Below, in pieces: positions 17,847 to 26,997 of a stretch of DNA of 54,129 nucleotides. The stretch comes from Patescibacteria group bacterium. Its GTDB lineage: Bacteria; Patescibacteriota; Minisyncoccia; Phycocordibacterales; UBA918. The position numbers and the translations under genes are program-made. Numbering within the stretch: position 1 is the first letter of the stretch; each line of letters starts with the position of its first letter. The stretch is taken from contig JBBTRC010000012.1 of NCBI GenBank assembly GCA_038065355.1, positions 1 to 54,129 of the forward strand. The letters run 5' to 3'. The notes beneath the pieces are model-generated. The model ran no database searches and was not told the origin of the DNA. It worked only from the letters and a program-made list of their open reading frames with translations.

Positions 17847-18242
17847 TTATATAATGGTGAATGGCAGATCTACTCGCACGGTGTCAGCTTCGTACCCGTC
17901 ACCTTTTCTCCCTAGTGTCGTCATATCAATCATTGTGCTTTCTTCTAACGCAAGGTATGTATGTACAATCCCTGGCGCCACTTCGCTTCCCATCCCTGGT
18001 TCAAGGGTATAATCCTGACGTTCACTACCGTCGGGTAAACATACGATTAATTTTAACTTTCCAGATAATACGTAATCATACTGTGTGGATTGGTGGTGAT
18101 AATGTTTACCGCGTATGGCACCTTTCGCAAAAGTAATAAGCCCGACGTGACCAATATTTTCATTTAAAACATCGGTGATGACCCCTCTGTCGTCACTGTG
18201 AACCGGATTCACTTTTTCAATTTTCGCAAGTTTTTCTTTCAT
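17847..18242 (-). CDS. Cupin-fold NDP-sugar epimerase/isomerase-like protein
   Basis: HSDDRG, IRGKHYH, PGIVHT cupin motifs. Confidence 0.75.
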   Translation of the reverse strand: MKEKLAKIEKVNPVHSDDRGVITDVLNENIGHVGLITFAKGAIRGKHYHHQSTQYDYVLSGKLKLIVCLPDGSERQDYTLEPGMGSEVAPGIVHTYLALEESTMIDMTTLGRKGDGYEADTVRVDLPFTII

Positions 18243-18253
18243 AAACAGTTTGT

Positions 18254-19510
18254 TTATACAATTTTTGGATAAGGAATGGGTATTATAAATTTACCACCAC
18301 GTTCTTTAAATTCAGACATATTATTCATAATCTCGTCTGCAAAGTTCCAAGCCAGAATTAAAGCAAAGTCTACTTCTTGATTCAACACTGCTTGATCTTC
18401 AAGTATTGGAATGTGGGTCCCGGGAGTATAACGTCCGACCTTAAGCGGATTTTTTTCAGTCGCGAATTCCAAGTAACCACTATGTAAATTACAATAATTA
18501 AGCAGTGTGTTTCCTTTAGCCGGCGTGGAAATGGCCACAATTTTTTTACCCTCTTTTCTCAAGGAGGTAATAAGCTCGATTAGTGCATTGCGTTGCTCAC
18601 TTACTTTACTGGCAAATGAATTGATATATGCATCCTCGTAGATACCAGTCTCAATTTCATGGTTAATAAACTCCTCAACCGACGACATGATTGTATGAAC
18701 ACCTTTGTGTCCGACGTAGTAACGAATAGTGCCACCGTGGATATTTGACTTTGTCACGTCAAACAATTCGAGCCCAAAGCGCTCAAAGTATTGTCGCATC
18801 GGCAATACAGATAAGTACCCTATATGTTGGTGGTAGATAGTGTCATATTCAAGATTTTGGAGCAAATCCAAAGCTGAAGGAGCTTCTACCACAAACACAC
18901 CTTCTTTTGCGAGTAGGTATGCAACACCTTCGACTGCGTTATCAAGATCATGAATGTGGGCAAACACGTTGGTTCCGGTAATGACGTTCGCTTTTTGATA
19001 TTTTTCGACAATGTCTTTAGCTACTTCTAAGTTGAAGTAGTCAATGATTGTGTCGATACCATTTTCAATTGCCTTCTTTGACACCTCGGCCGGGTCAACG
19101 CCAAGCACGTTGAGGTTCATTAACTTGAAGCCCTGTAGAAGGACACCCACGTTACTTCCAACATCTACCGCTAAATCCTCTGAACCAAACCCAAATCGCT
19201 CTACAATCTCACGCGCCATCTCATGGTAGTGTTGCGCGCCAGTTTTTGTGGTTGAGGATTGATATAAGTAGTCTCCTCGATACAAATAATCGGGATTGAC
19301 AAAATAGTCGATTTGAAACAGCTTACAGTCCTCGCACAACACCAGCCGAAGTGGAAACCGCGGCTCCATGTCATCTAACTCTTCCGATTTGGGGAAGAAA
19401 TCTGAGTGTGGGTGATGTCCAAGGTCTAATACAGGTTTTAACTTAACACTTTTGCACATGTGACACACAACAGCCTTGCGACCATAATTTTGATTATCCT
19501 GCATACTCAC
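18254..19510 (-). CDS. NDP-hexose 3-C-methyltransferase (TylCIII/EryBIII/NovU-like)
   Basis: N-terminal CxxC...CxxC zinc site, [44 protein letters not shown]. Confidence 0.9.
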   Translation of the reverse strand: MSMQDNQNYGRKAVVCHMCKSVKLKPVLDLGHHPHSDFFPKSEELDDMEPRFPLRLVLCEDCKLFQIDYFVNPDYLYRGDYLYQSSTTKTGAQHYHEMAREIVERFGFGSEDLAVDVGSNVGVLLQGFKLMNLNVLGVDPAEVSKKAIENGIDTIIDYFNLEVAKDIVEKYQKANVITGTNVFAHIHDLDNAVEGVAYLLAKEGVFVVEAPSALDLLQNLEYDTIYHQHIGYLSVLPMRQYFERFGLELFDVTKSNIHGGTIRYYVGHKGVHTIMSSVEEFINHEIETGIYEDAYINSFASKVSEQRNALIELITSLRKEGKKIVAISTPAKGNTLLNYCNLHSGYLEFATEKNPLKVGRYTPGTHIPILEDQAVLNQEVDFALILAWNFADEIMNNMSEFKERGGKFIIPIPYPKIV

Positions 19511-20495
19511 TTTTTATTTCGGCAATATCTGCGTCGACTAATATACCGACCAATTCTTTGAATTTTACCTTAGGTTCCCATTTGAGCAATTTTTTGGCCT
19601 TACTTGCATCACCGCGGAGTAAGTCAACTTCAGAGGGACGGAATAACTGTTCTTTAACCTCGATATATTTAGTCCAGTCTAGACCCACGTACTCGAATGC
19701 TTCCTCAACGAATTCCTTAACTGTGTGACTTTCACCGGTGGCGAGTACAAAATCTTCCGGCTCGTCTAGTTGTAACATCTGCCACATTGCATCTACATAC
19801 TCTGGCGCATAACCCCAGTCACGCTTTGATTCCAAGTTGCCTAGGTATATTTTATCTTGTCTACCTGCGAGAATATTTGCGACACCACGGGAAATTTTAC
19901 GAGTCACAAAATTCGGCCCTCGCCGCGGCGACTCATGATTAAATAAAATTCCACTCGCAATAAACATACCGTACGCCTCTTTGTAGTTCTTACAAATCCA
20001 GTGCGCATACAACTTGCTCACTGCATATGGGCTTCGTGGATAAAATGGAGTGGTTTCATTTTGGGGTATTTCCACCACTTTTCCGTAGAGTTCAGAAGTA
20101 GATGCCTGATAGATTTTAGTTTTTGAGAGACCATTATTCCTCACTGCCTCGAGTATTCTCACTATTCCAAGGGCAGTAATGTCACCAGTGTACTCGGGGA
20201 CATCAAAGCTAACTCTCACGTCGCTCATCGCTCCAAGATTATATATTTCATCCGGTTTTACTTCTTTTATGACCCGTTCAAGACCACTGGAGTCGCTCAA
20301 ATCGCCGTAATAATAGTGTAAGTTTTTATGAGCCTCCAAGTAGCCGTTTTGATGGGATGATCCGTCATCGGAAGAGATGAAATTTTGGCTAGATCTGCGT
20401 ATGATCCCATACACCTCGTACTCTTTCGACAAAAGTAACTCCGCTAAATACGAACCATCTTGACCTGTGATTCCGGTGATAACAGCTTTTTTCAT
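19494..20495 (-). CDS. gmd: GDP-mannose 4,6-dehydratase
   Basis: [46 protein letters not shown]. Confidence 0.97.
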   Translation of the reverse strand: MKKAVITGITGQDGSYLAELLLSKEYEVYGIIRRSSQNFISSDDGSSHQNGYLEAHKNLHYYYGDLSDSSGLERVIKEVKPDEIYNLGAMSDVRVSFDVPEYTGDITALGIVRILEAVRNNGLSKTKIYQASTSELYGKVVEIPQNETTPFYPRSPYAVSKLYAHWICKNYKEAYGMFIASGILFNHESPRRGPNFVTRKISRGVANILAGRQDKIYLGNLESKRDWGYAPEYVDAMWQMLQLDEPEDFVLATGESHTVKEFVEEAFEYVGLDWTKYIEVKEQLFRPSEVDLLRGDASKAKKLLKWEPKVKFKELVGILVDADIAEIKSEYAG

Positions 20496-20587
20496 GTTTT
20501 GTAAAACGACACTCGAAAGCTAATGGTTACATGAAAATCGATATTTTAAAAGCTCTAATTAGCCCAAAATATAGTATAATCATTGAC

Positions 20588-21295
20588 ATGGGAGCTGTAC
20601 GAACTATAGTAATTACCGGAGCTACCGGTGGTATCGGACAAACAATCGTCAAAAAACTCGCCTCCGGTACTAATCAGCTTGTCCTAGTGGGAAGGAATTT
20701 AGAGGCTTTAGACAAAATAGTAGAAAAAAAAAGTATAACGCCCCCCGTTGTTAGTTTCGCGGTTGACCTGGAAAATAAAAGTGCCAGAAAACAACTATGC
20801 GATGACCTAGTCGCTCAATTTGGAACCATTGACTGGGTAATACATTCGGCAGGCTTTGTCTCTAAGGAAGATTCGATTTCTAAACTAGATCTCGAAGTGA
20901 CACAAAAAACATTTGAGATAAACTTTTTTGCTGCTTTAGATTTAACCACTAGACTAAACGACCACATCAGTGAAGCTGGTGGTTCAATATTTATTTCGTC
21001 CACGGCTGGTCTCTCTGGCAACGGCTTTGTGCCTGCGTACGCATCTGCAAAAGGTGCTCTAAACACGTTCGCAAAATCACTGGCACTCTCTTGGCAAGGG
21101 AGTGCCAAGAGATCAGTTACGATTTGCCCGGGACCAACCAACACACCGATGCGTGAATACCTTGCCGGAGACAGTGCCGAGCAGCAGTCACCTTCAGTTA
21201 TTGCACGAGAAATTTGCCAGATCATTGAAGATGCAAAAACATACCCCAATGGGTCCACCTTGCTCATTCGTGACGAAAAAACTTCATTTGTATAA
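20588..21295 (+). CDS. SDR family oxidoreductase
   Basis: TGATGGIG, YASAK catalytic motif, CPGPTNT; start chosen 7 nt after TATAAT. Confidence 0.9.
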   Translation: MGAVRTIVITGATGGIGQTIVKKLASGTNQLVLVGRNLEALDKIVEKKSITPPVVSFAVDLENKSARKQLCDDLVAQFGTIDWVIHSAGFVSKEDSISKLDLEVTQKTFEINFFAALDLTTRLNDHISEAGGSIFISSTAGLSGNGFVPAYASAKGALNTFAKSLALSWQGSAKRSVTICPGPTNTPMREYLAGDSAEQQSPSVIAREICQIIEDAKTYPNGSTLLIRDEKTSFV

Positions 21296-21304
21296 ATTTT
21301 GTAT

Positions 21305-21337
21305 AAAAAAACGCCCGACATTACTGCCGGGCGGTTG
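21305..21337. terminator. Hairpin between the convergent SDR and NUDIX genes
   Basis: cgcccg...cgggcg stem with an A-run on the left (T-run on the minus strand). Confidence 0.6.
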
Positions 21338-21344
21338 TGAGCGG

Positions 21345-21905
21345 TTATGATCGTTCGGGAACCCTCGTGGCGATTCGAGCGCAGCGTTTCACGAAATCGT
21401 GAAATTCTCCGTTTTGAATTTCCGCCGGCGAATACCAACCGATCGATTGACTTTCGAACTCGTTGTTAGGCAAGAGCTCAGCAACGTCCGCTTCCGTCAA
21501 GTCGACAAGGAAGACGTGTGTGGTCGTGTGAGAACCATCTTCTTGAGGCAACTGTTCCCGTTTTTCACACGCAATCGAAGCCCACACCAAGAAAACAGGC
21601 TCCTTGTCAGCAATGTCGATCCCGAGTTCTCGTTTGGTGTTTTTCCGTAGCGTGTCAGGCACCGATGTCCCGGTCATTTGTCGACCTCCAGAAAACCAAC
21701 ACAGTCCTTTGAGCGGCTGTATCTGGCGGACAAGCAAAAGAAATTTGCCGTCCGGACGCCGACACAGGACATCATACGTAGAGAATACTGCGCAATTCAT
21801 GGCGCGACCGTATTCTCCGTCGCCAAGCCAAAGTGGCTTAAACGCCGCTCTTTCTTCGCGATAGTCACAAATGAAGTCTTCACCAAAAATGTCAACGATT
21901 CGCAT
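21345..21905 (-). CDS. NUDIX hydrolase with a degenerate Nudix box (GDP-mannose mannosyl hydrolase-like)
   Basis: FSGGRQMTGTSVPDTLRKNTKRELGI; AAGGAGGT SD motif upstream. Confidence 0.65.
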   Translation of the reverse strand: MRIVDIFGEDFICDYREERAAFKPLWLGDGEYGRAMNCAVFSTYDVLCRRPDGKFLLLVRQIQPLKGLCWFSGGRQMTGTSVPDTLRKNTKRELGIDIADKEPVFLVWASIACEKREQLPQEDGSHTTTHVFLVDLTEADVAELLPNNEFESQSIGWYSPAEIQNGEFHDFVKRCARIATRVPERS

Positions 21906-21909
21906 TCTA

Positions 21910-21973
21910 ACCTCCTTATTCGCGAACTAAACTTAACTACTCGCATTATAGCATTTTTTAGTATAAAAGTCAA
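21910..21973 (-). promoter_or_regulatory. Consensus promoter plus SD motif for the NUDIX gene
   Basis: TTGACT-17-TATAAT with TG extension (21945-21973); AAGGAGGT at 21910-21917. Confidence 0.75.
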
Positions 21974-22014
21974 CGTTTTCTTTGGGCTTTACGACTGTGA
22001 TATTAGGAGCAAAC

Positions 22015-22043
22015 TTGACAAGAGGTACAATTTAATATATAAT
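22015..22043 (+). promoter_or_regulatory. Perfect sigma70 consensus promoter
   Basis: TTGACA-17 nt-TATAAT. Confidence 0.85.
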
Positions 22044-22149
22044 GAACTTAGCAATGTTCATTGGCACTGCTGTCCCACGTCGGACCAACCCCAGCTTCAG
22101 TGGAGGGACTCTACTGAAGAAACGCGGCGGGATGCCGCAGGAGGTAAAG

Positions 22150-22629
22150 ATGTCTCATCTACTGACTCAGCCACAGATTGAAGAGTTCTACGAGGAGTTC
22201 CCCTGGCTAAAAACACTTGTAACAGAGCAAGGGTTCCAAGTGTTCAGTTGCGAACGCATAACTGCGATTCGAATACAGCGCGTCGACGAGGAACTCTTGA
22301 GCCGAAAGCCAAAGTGGTTCTACCACGCCTTCGACTTTGGCGGGGACGAACTCTACGAACGGCTCTTTGTGCTTGACCCGCAGGGGCAACCGATGAGCCA
22401 GGTGGGAATGGTTCCCCATCTTCCTCCGCGCCGCTGGTGGCAACGTCACTCCAAATGGCAGATTCGTTTCGATAAAGACGAAACTGTGTCGAGCGCGCTA
22501 AAACGAATCGGAGAAGGAGCGGCTGCCCGAGCGAAATACGTTGTCTCCTTCAACCCGACGTACTGCTGCGAAGGTGTGACCAACGATTGGGACGCACTTG
22601 CTATGGAAGTGGTCATTAGTAAGTTCTGA
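22150..22629 (+). CDS. Hypothetical protein
   Basis: AGGAGGT 4 nt before ATG 22150; own promoter and terminator; no recognisable motif. Confidence 0.65.
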   Translation: MSHLLTQPQIEEFYEEFPWLKTLVTEQGFQVFSCERITAIRIQRVDEELLSRKPKWFYHAFDFGGDELYERLFVLDPQGQPMSQVGMVPHLPPRRWWQRHSKWQIRFDKDETVSSALKRIGEGAAARAKYVVSFNPTYCCEGVTNDWDALAMEVVISKF

Positions 22630-22650
22630 TCGAAAGAGGAAATGCCCGAT

Positions 22651-22689
22651 GAGCGCGAGACAATTTTGTCTCGCGCTCTTTATTATTTT
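22651..22689 (+). terminator. Intrinsic terminator
   Basis: gagcgcgagacaa / ttgtctcgcgctc stem followed by a T-rich tract. Confidence 0.85.
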
Positions 22690-22742
22690 ATCTATGCTGC
22701 ACCTGTCAAATAGGTTCGAAGATTGTAAGCCTAGAAAGAAAC

Positions 22743-22792
22743 TTGACTTTATAGTTTTATATATTATAATGGGAAAAGATAAGAAAAGGAGG
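22743..22792 (+). promoter_or_regulatory. Promoter plus SD motif for the HD-domain gene
   Basis: TTGACT-16-TATAAT (22743-22770); AAGGAGG at 22786-22792. Confidence 0.7.
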
Positions 22793-22797
22793 CTCAT

Positions 22798-23514
22798 TTG
22801 AGTTACGTTGACAAGCTGACGAAGAAACTGCTTCCCCACTACACGCCACCAGAGGGGACAGGGGGCCATGACGACACTCATGTGTTACGCATGATTGGCA
22901 TGCATCCCACGTTACAACCCTATATCGACGAACCGGTCAAACAAGAGCTCTACGAGACTACAGTACTGCTACACAACATTGATCGCGCGCCCTGCTTTAC
23001 TGAAAGCATTAAAGTGCGCGGACTGGCGAGTGTTTTGGAAGAACTGTTAGGTAGCAGTCCTTTTGAATTTTCAGATCAGCGATTGGTTGTTGACGCAATC
23101 GTCAATCATTCGAAATTCAAAGATGACCCCAACGACTCGGCTCTGATGCAAATGCTCAGACTGGCTGACAAATGGGATCGTTTGAGCGTTATCGGTATGA
23201 CCTCAGGCATTGCGTGGCTGGGCTGCCAAAGACAGTTGTACGACCCAGAATCACCCTTCGGATTTGGCTCGACCGCTGAAGGAAAGGGCGGCTGGCAAAC
23301 TCTTTACCAGAATTTTTTCAGAATCCTGGAGTGGTATGCAGTCTTTCCGAAAATACGACTACTGGTTGACGAATACCCAGAACGGTTCATGGCAGCAATC
23401 GCGTTTGTGCGCGCGTTTGGTGCCGAAATAGCTGCTACCCACAATATTCCCAACAAAGTTGAAGACGATCTCAATAAAGTCTTCGGGGAGTACTACGTTC
23501 GATTCAAACCGTAG
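22798..23514 (+). CDS. HD-domain-like phosphohydrolase
   Basis: GHDDTHVLRM, LLHNI (HD replaced by HN), IVNHS, LRLADKWD; TTG start after SD. Confidence 0.7.
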   Translation: MSYVDKLTKKLLPHYTPPEGTGGHDDTHVLRMIGMHPTLQPYIDEPVKQELYETTVLLHNIDRAPCFTESIKVRGLASVLEELLGSSPFEFSDQRLVVDAIVNHSKFKDDPNDSALMQMLRLADKWDRLSVIGMTSGIAWLGCQRQLYDPESPFGFGSTAEGKGGWQTLYQNFFRILEWYAVFPKIRLLVDEYPERFMAAIAFVRAFGAEIAATHNIPNKVEDDLNKVFGEYYVRFKP

Positions 23515-23534
23515 CTAATCATGCACAAACTTAA

Positions 23535-23575
23535 GCGTCAGGTAACTCTGACGCATTTATTTTTATTTATTTTTT
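23535..23575 (+). terminator. Intrinsic terminator
   Basis: gcgtcag / ctgacgc stem followed by a long T-rich tract. Confidence 0.7.
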
Positions 23576-23683
23576 AAGAAGAAATCATTACTGACGTACC
23601 ACACGAGATTGTTCCTTCAACCGGCATACTGAATCCTTTCTATATTTGCTGTGAAAAATTAGCGGTCTTGCATTTTTTACAGC

Positions 23684-24424
23684 CTAACCGTTGAGCACTC
23701 CTTTTTCCCACTCTTGGTTGTCTCTTTTAACAAACACTATGTTCGTCATGAGAAGTAGGCTGGTTTTTTTGTGATAGAACTGTTCAAAGATATCAAAAAC
23801 ATCAAACCCCCGCCTGTCCATGAATGAAACTAAGCTAGTGAATGTCGACGAATTTTTAAATCTTCGGTACACAAAAGCCTCCACAATGACCGCTTCACAG
23901 GTTTCAAGTGTCTTTTCGGCGCCGGCCAACACGTCAAGTTCAGCACCTTCCGCATCAATCTTGAGGAGATAAGGCCCACTGAGTCCGTGCTCCTCCACAA
24001 CTGTATCAAGACGTTTCATTGGTACGATTGACTGTATAGAACCAGAAATCGGTCCCGAGTATCGGGAAGATTTGTAGTGATCTTGGTGGATAGTGAACAC
24101 AACCTCACCTTCCTTTTCGCCACAAAATACCATTTCGGAGTGAGCGTTATATTTTTTGCAAAAACTCTCAATTTTTTCCTTGAAGTGTGGATTTGCGTCA
24201 ATTGCCAGATACGTACTTTTTGTCGGAGAAAATGTTTCAATTAGTTCCGTGGTGCCGGAAGCAAAACCAACATCAATCACGGTTGCGGGTGTTCGAATCA
24301 ACTTAGACAAAGATTTTAAACTGTCTACGAACCTACGTTGGGCAGTCAGTTCCGTCGATATACGAAAACCAAACCAGCCAAGGGGAGTGTTGATTGAGTT
24401 TTTGATTCGTTGAATAATTTTCAT
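23684..24424 (-). CDS. FkbM-family methyltransferase
   Basis: VIDVGFASG, LLKIDAEGAELDVLAGA. Confidence 0.88.
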   Translation of the reverse strand: MKIIQRIKNSINTPLGWFGFRISTELTAQRRFVDSLKSLSKLIRTPATVIDVGFASGTTELIETFSPTKSTYLAIDANPHFKEKIESFCKKYNAHSEMVFCGEKEGEVVFTIHQDHYKSSRYSGPISGSIQSIVPMKRLDTVVEEHGLSGPYLLKIDAEGAELDVLAGAEKTLETCEAVIVEAFVYRRFKNSSTFTSLVSFMDRRGFDVFDIFEQFYHKKTSLLLMTNIVFVKRDNQEWEKGVLNG

Positions 24425-24443
24425 TTTGTCGAAACTTAAAGGG

Positions 24444-25109
24444 TTATTGTGCCACTTCGCTTGATGCTCGTTTGGTCGCAACTACATAGTAGCCAGTCGT
24501 TAAGATGTCAGTCTCATTGGTTTTTCGACGAATGTCGCCAAATTCTTTTTTAATTAACGTCGGCAAGTGGCCGATACACCAAGTAATCAGATACAAAACA
24601 CCCTTTGTGAACTTTCCTCCCCTCATTGTTGTCTGAAAACTGATTCGCTGTAGAAGCGCAGCGATTGTTACTATCGTGTTAGTTTCAGGCACCAACTCTT
24701 CAATATCCCAGGCACGCAGCAGGTGTCTCAGGCCATATTTTGTGTAACGGTAGAAATCATTTGGAGCATCGTGGATTGGAAACACAAACCGTGTGGTCAA
24801 AATGAGGCGACCATTTTCACGTAGCACCCGATGCATTTCATCAATTGCTCGCTGGGGAGTATGTAGGTGTTCAAGCACTTCAGTGCATAGGATATGATCG
24901 AATGACCCGTCACCAAATGGCAACTGATGAACATCCCCGACCGTGTCTGGTTTTCTTAGTGGATCTATATCAAGAGTATGGCGGTTAGGAAAAATGTCTC
25001 CATATGAGTGATTATTTTCTGCGTGGCCGCCGCCTATGTCAAGAATAATATCCTTGGTGGCGTGTTTTTCAAGAAATGGACGTAAGTTTTTTCTGGTAAT
25101 TTTTTGCAT
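24444..25109 (-). CDS. Class I SAM-dependent methyltransferase (Methyltransf_11-like)
   Basis: ILDIGGG, LPFGDGSFD, CTEVLEH, HDAPNDFYR. Confidence 0.88.
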   Translation of the reverse strand: MQKITRKNLRPFLEKHATKDIILDIGGGHAENNHSYGDIFPNRHTLDIDPLRKPDTVGDVHQLPFGDGSFDHILCTEVLEHLHTPQRAIDEMHRVLRENGRLILTTRFVFPIHDAPNDFYRYTKYGLRHLLRAWDIEELVPETNTIVTIAALLQRISFQTTMRGGKFTKGVLYLITWCIGHLPTLIKKEFGDIRRKTNETDILTTGYYVVATKRASSEVAQ

Positions 25110-25112
25110 GTT

Positions 25113-25733
25113 CTATTTGACTAGATACATATAGTACCCGGAAACTTGGCGACTACCCTTTGTATAAAAAAGTCCATCGAGTACACGCGCGAATAGAATA
25201 AAGAGATCCCACCGCCCTAGTGGAGTGAGCCTCGTGAGCGTTTCAATTGGCATACGCACTTCGGTGATTTCATACTTCGAAAACGGTTTAGCTAGCATTA
25301 CGAGGGTGTCATACGTAAATCTCCAATAGTCACCATAGTACCCTTTTTCGGCATGATAATAATACAGAAATGGCACATAGATCAAAAGCCGACCACCGGG
25401 ACAGAGGACTCTGTGTAGTTGTTGCATGGCCAAAATTGGATTCTCAACATGTTCCAAAACAGCTAGGCACAAAATAGCCTCTTTGCTATTGTCGCTAAAC
25501 GGCAGCGCATGAATGTCTCCAACAATATCGGGGTTGTAGTCTGGAACCGGGTCTAAAATCCGATAGTTCACTCTCTCAACGTACTCCCGAAGCCAGTCGT
25601 TTTTTTTGTCTACACGATTGCTCCTTCCAGTGTCCAAACGGAGACTTCCGCCGATGTCAACAACTTCTTTTGAGTTTAGAAATATATCCAAACACTTTTC
25701 TTTAAAAAACCTCTCCCACTTTGGCGTGTTCAT
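25113..25733 (-). CDS. Class I SAM-dependent methyltransferase (Methyltransf_11-like)
   Basis: VVDIGG, GDIHALPF, CLAVLEH, GDYWRF. Confidence 0.88.
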   Translation of the reverse strand: MNTPKWERFFKEKCLDIFLNSKEVVDIGGSLRLDTGRSNRVDKKNDWLREYVERVNYRILDPVPDYNPDIVGDIHALPFSDNSKEAILCLAVLEHVENPILAMQQLHRVLCPGGRLLIYVPFLYYYHAEKGYYGDYWRFTYDTLVMLAKPFSKYEITEVRMPIETLTRLTPLGRWDLFILFARVLDGLFYTKGSRQVSGYYMYLVK

Positions 25734-25797
25734 ACGATGATTATGTATCTGCTCATTGATTGAGTGCCACTTTACACCATTACGGCTGTTTTTAACA

Positions 25798-26931
25798 CTA
25801 GCTGAACCGACTAAATGTATTTCCCTTGGTTAAAAAATCAATAATCTTTTTTGCTCGATTTTTCCAGCTATAGTGCTGGGACTTTTGGTAGGCACGTTTT
25901 GCTTTTGTCTGCGCGACCGCATAGTCGCCAAACATGTGTTCAATAGTAGCCGCCATTGCGTGTGCGTTATCAGGTTGAAAAAAAGTCGCTTCTTTATCAG
26001 ATAACACCGTAGATACGCTCGGCACATTACTCACCAAGATCGGTACATTGGAGGCCATGTGAGCAAACAACTTTAGAGGTGAGGCATATCGCGCCCCGAG
26101 GTCAGTTTCGTTTGAGTTGGGTATAACCAGTATGTCGGCAGCTTGTTGGTTATTTTTTAAATTTCTATATGGGTGCGATCCAAGAAATATGACTTTCGGA
26201 TACTTCATTTTATACAGTGATATTTCATCAGGTTTACCGCCGATAACCGAAAACATCACCTGGCTTACGTACTCTGAAGCTTTAAAAAAACACTCAACGC
26301 CCTTCCATTTGTCGAATCCACCAATATACATGACTACGCGAGCGTTCTGTGGCAAACCAAGTCTTTCTCTGGTAGCAGTTCGATCTTCGACAGATGTAAA
26401 GAAACCGTCATCTATACCGTCATACGCAACAGTCATTTGTGCACTTGGAATATTGCGATGTAAATACTCGTTCAAAACTCCTTGTGAGATGCAAATTATT
26501 TTAATTTTCATCTCAACAAGTTTACGCAACGCAAAATTATACTTTGCTTCATGCGATTCAAAAACAAGTTTATGTTTTGGCACTACAAACGACAGAAAGT
26601 AACAGAGCCACTCATCCCGTGTATAAATGACATCGGCTTCACTGAGTTTCAGCTGTCGAGTTAACAGAAAAGTAAATACTAGGTGATTGAGAAGGAACGT
26701 TAGTATGATTGTTGGTGCAAATACTATACCAAAGCGGATTTGTATGAACGAGAAGTTTGGCACAAAACCAATCCAACGTTCTATGTCTCGTAACGTGGCT
26801 TTTGTTCGATCGTTAGTCACCAACGTCACTTCATTGCCTAGTTGTGAAAATGCTTGGCACATGTGCGCAATTTGAGTTGCGTGTGCTCGTTCACTAGGGA
26901 AACGAGTATTTGCTACGTACAGTAATTTCAT
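25798..26931 (-). CDS. Glycosyltransferase family 4
   Basis: YIGGFDKWKG, SPLKLFAHMAS. Confidence 0.88.
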   Translation of the reverse strand: MKLLYVANTRFPSERAHATQIAHMCQAFSQLGNEVTLVTNDRTKATLRDIERWIGFVPNFSFIQIRFGIVFAPTIILTFLLNHLVFTFLLTRQLKLSEADVIYTRDEWLCYFLSFVVPKHKLVFESHEAKYNFALRKLVEMKIKIICISQGVLNEYLHRNIPSAQMTVAYDGIDDGFFTSVEDRTATRERLGLPQNARVVMYIGGFDKWKGVECFFKASEYVSQVMFSVIGGKPDEISLYKMKYPKVIFLGSHPYRNLKNNQQAADILVIPNSNETDLGARYASPLKLFAHMASNVPILVSNVPSVSTVLSDKEATFFQPDNAHAMAATIEHMFGDYAVAQTKAKRAYQKSQHYSWKNRAKKIIDFLTKGNTFSRFS

Positions 26932-26997
26932 ACACTAGTACTAACTTGGTGAACAAAACAAGAGTAACACCGAAATCTCACGGTCATTTGGTTGAAG

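Noticed and set aside
22627-22740. TGA readthrough or genetic code 25
   Set aside because: Conserved genes are intact under code 11, TGA serves as a stop in ATGA overlaps, and a terminator follows this stop.
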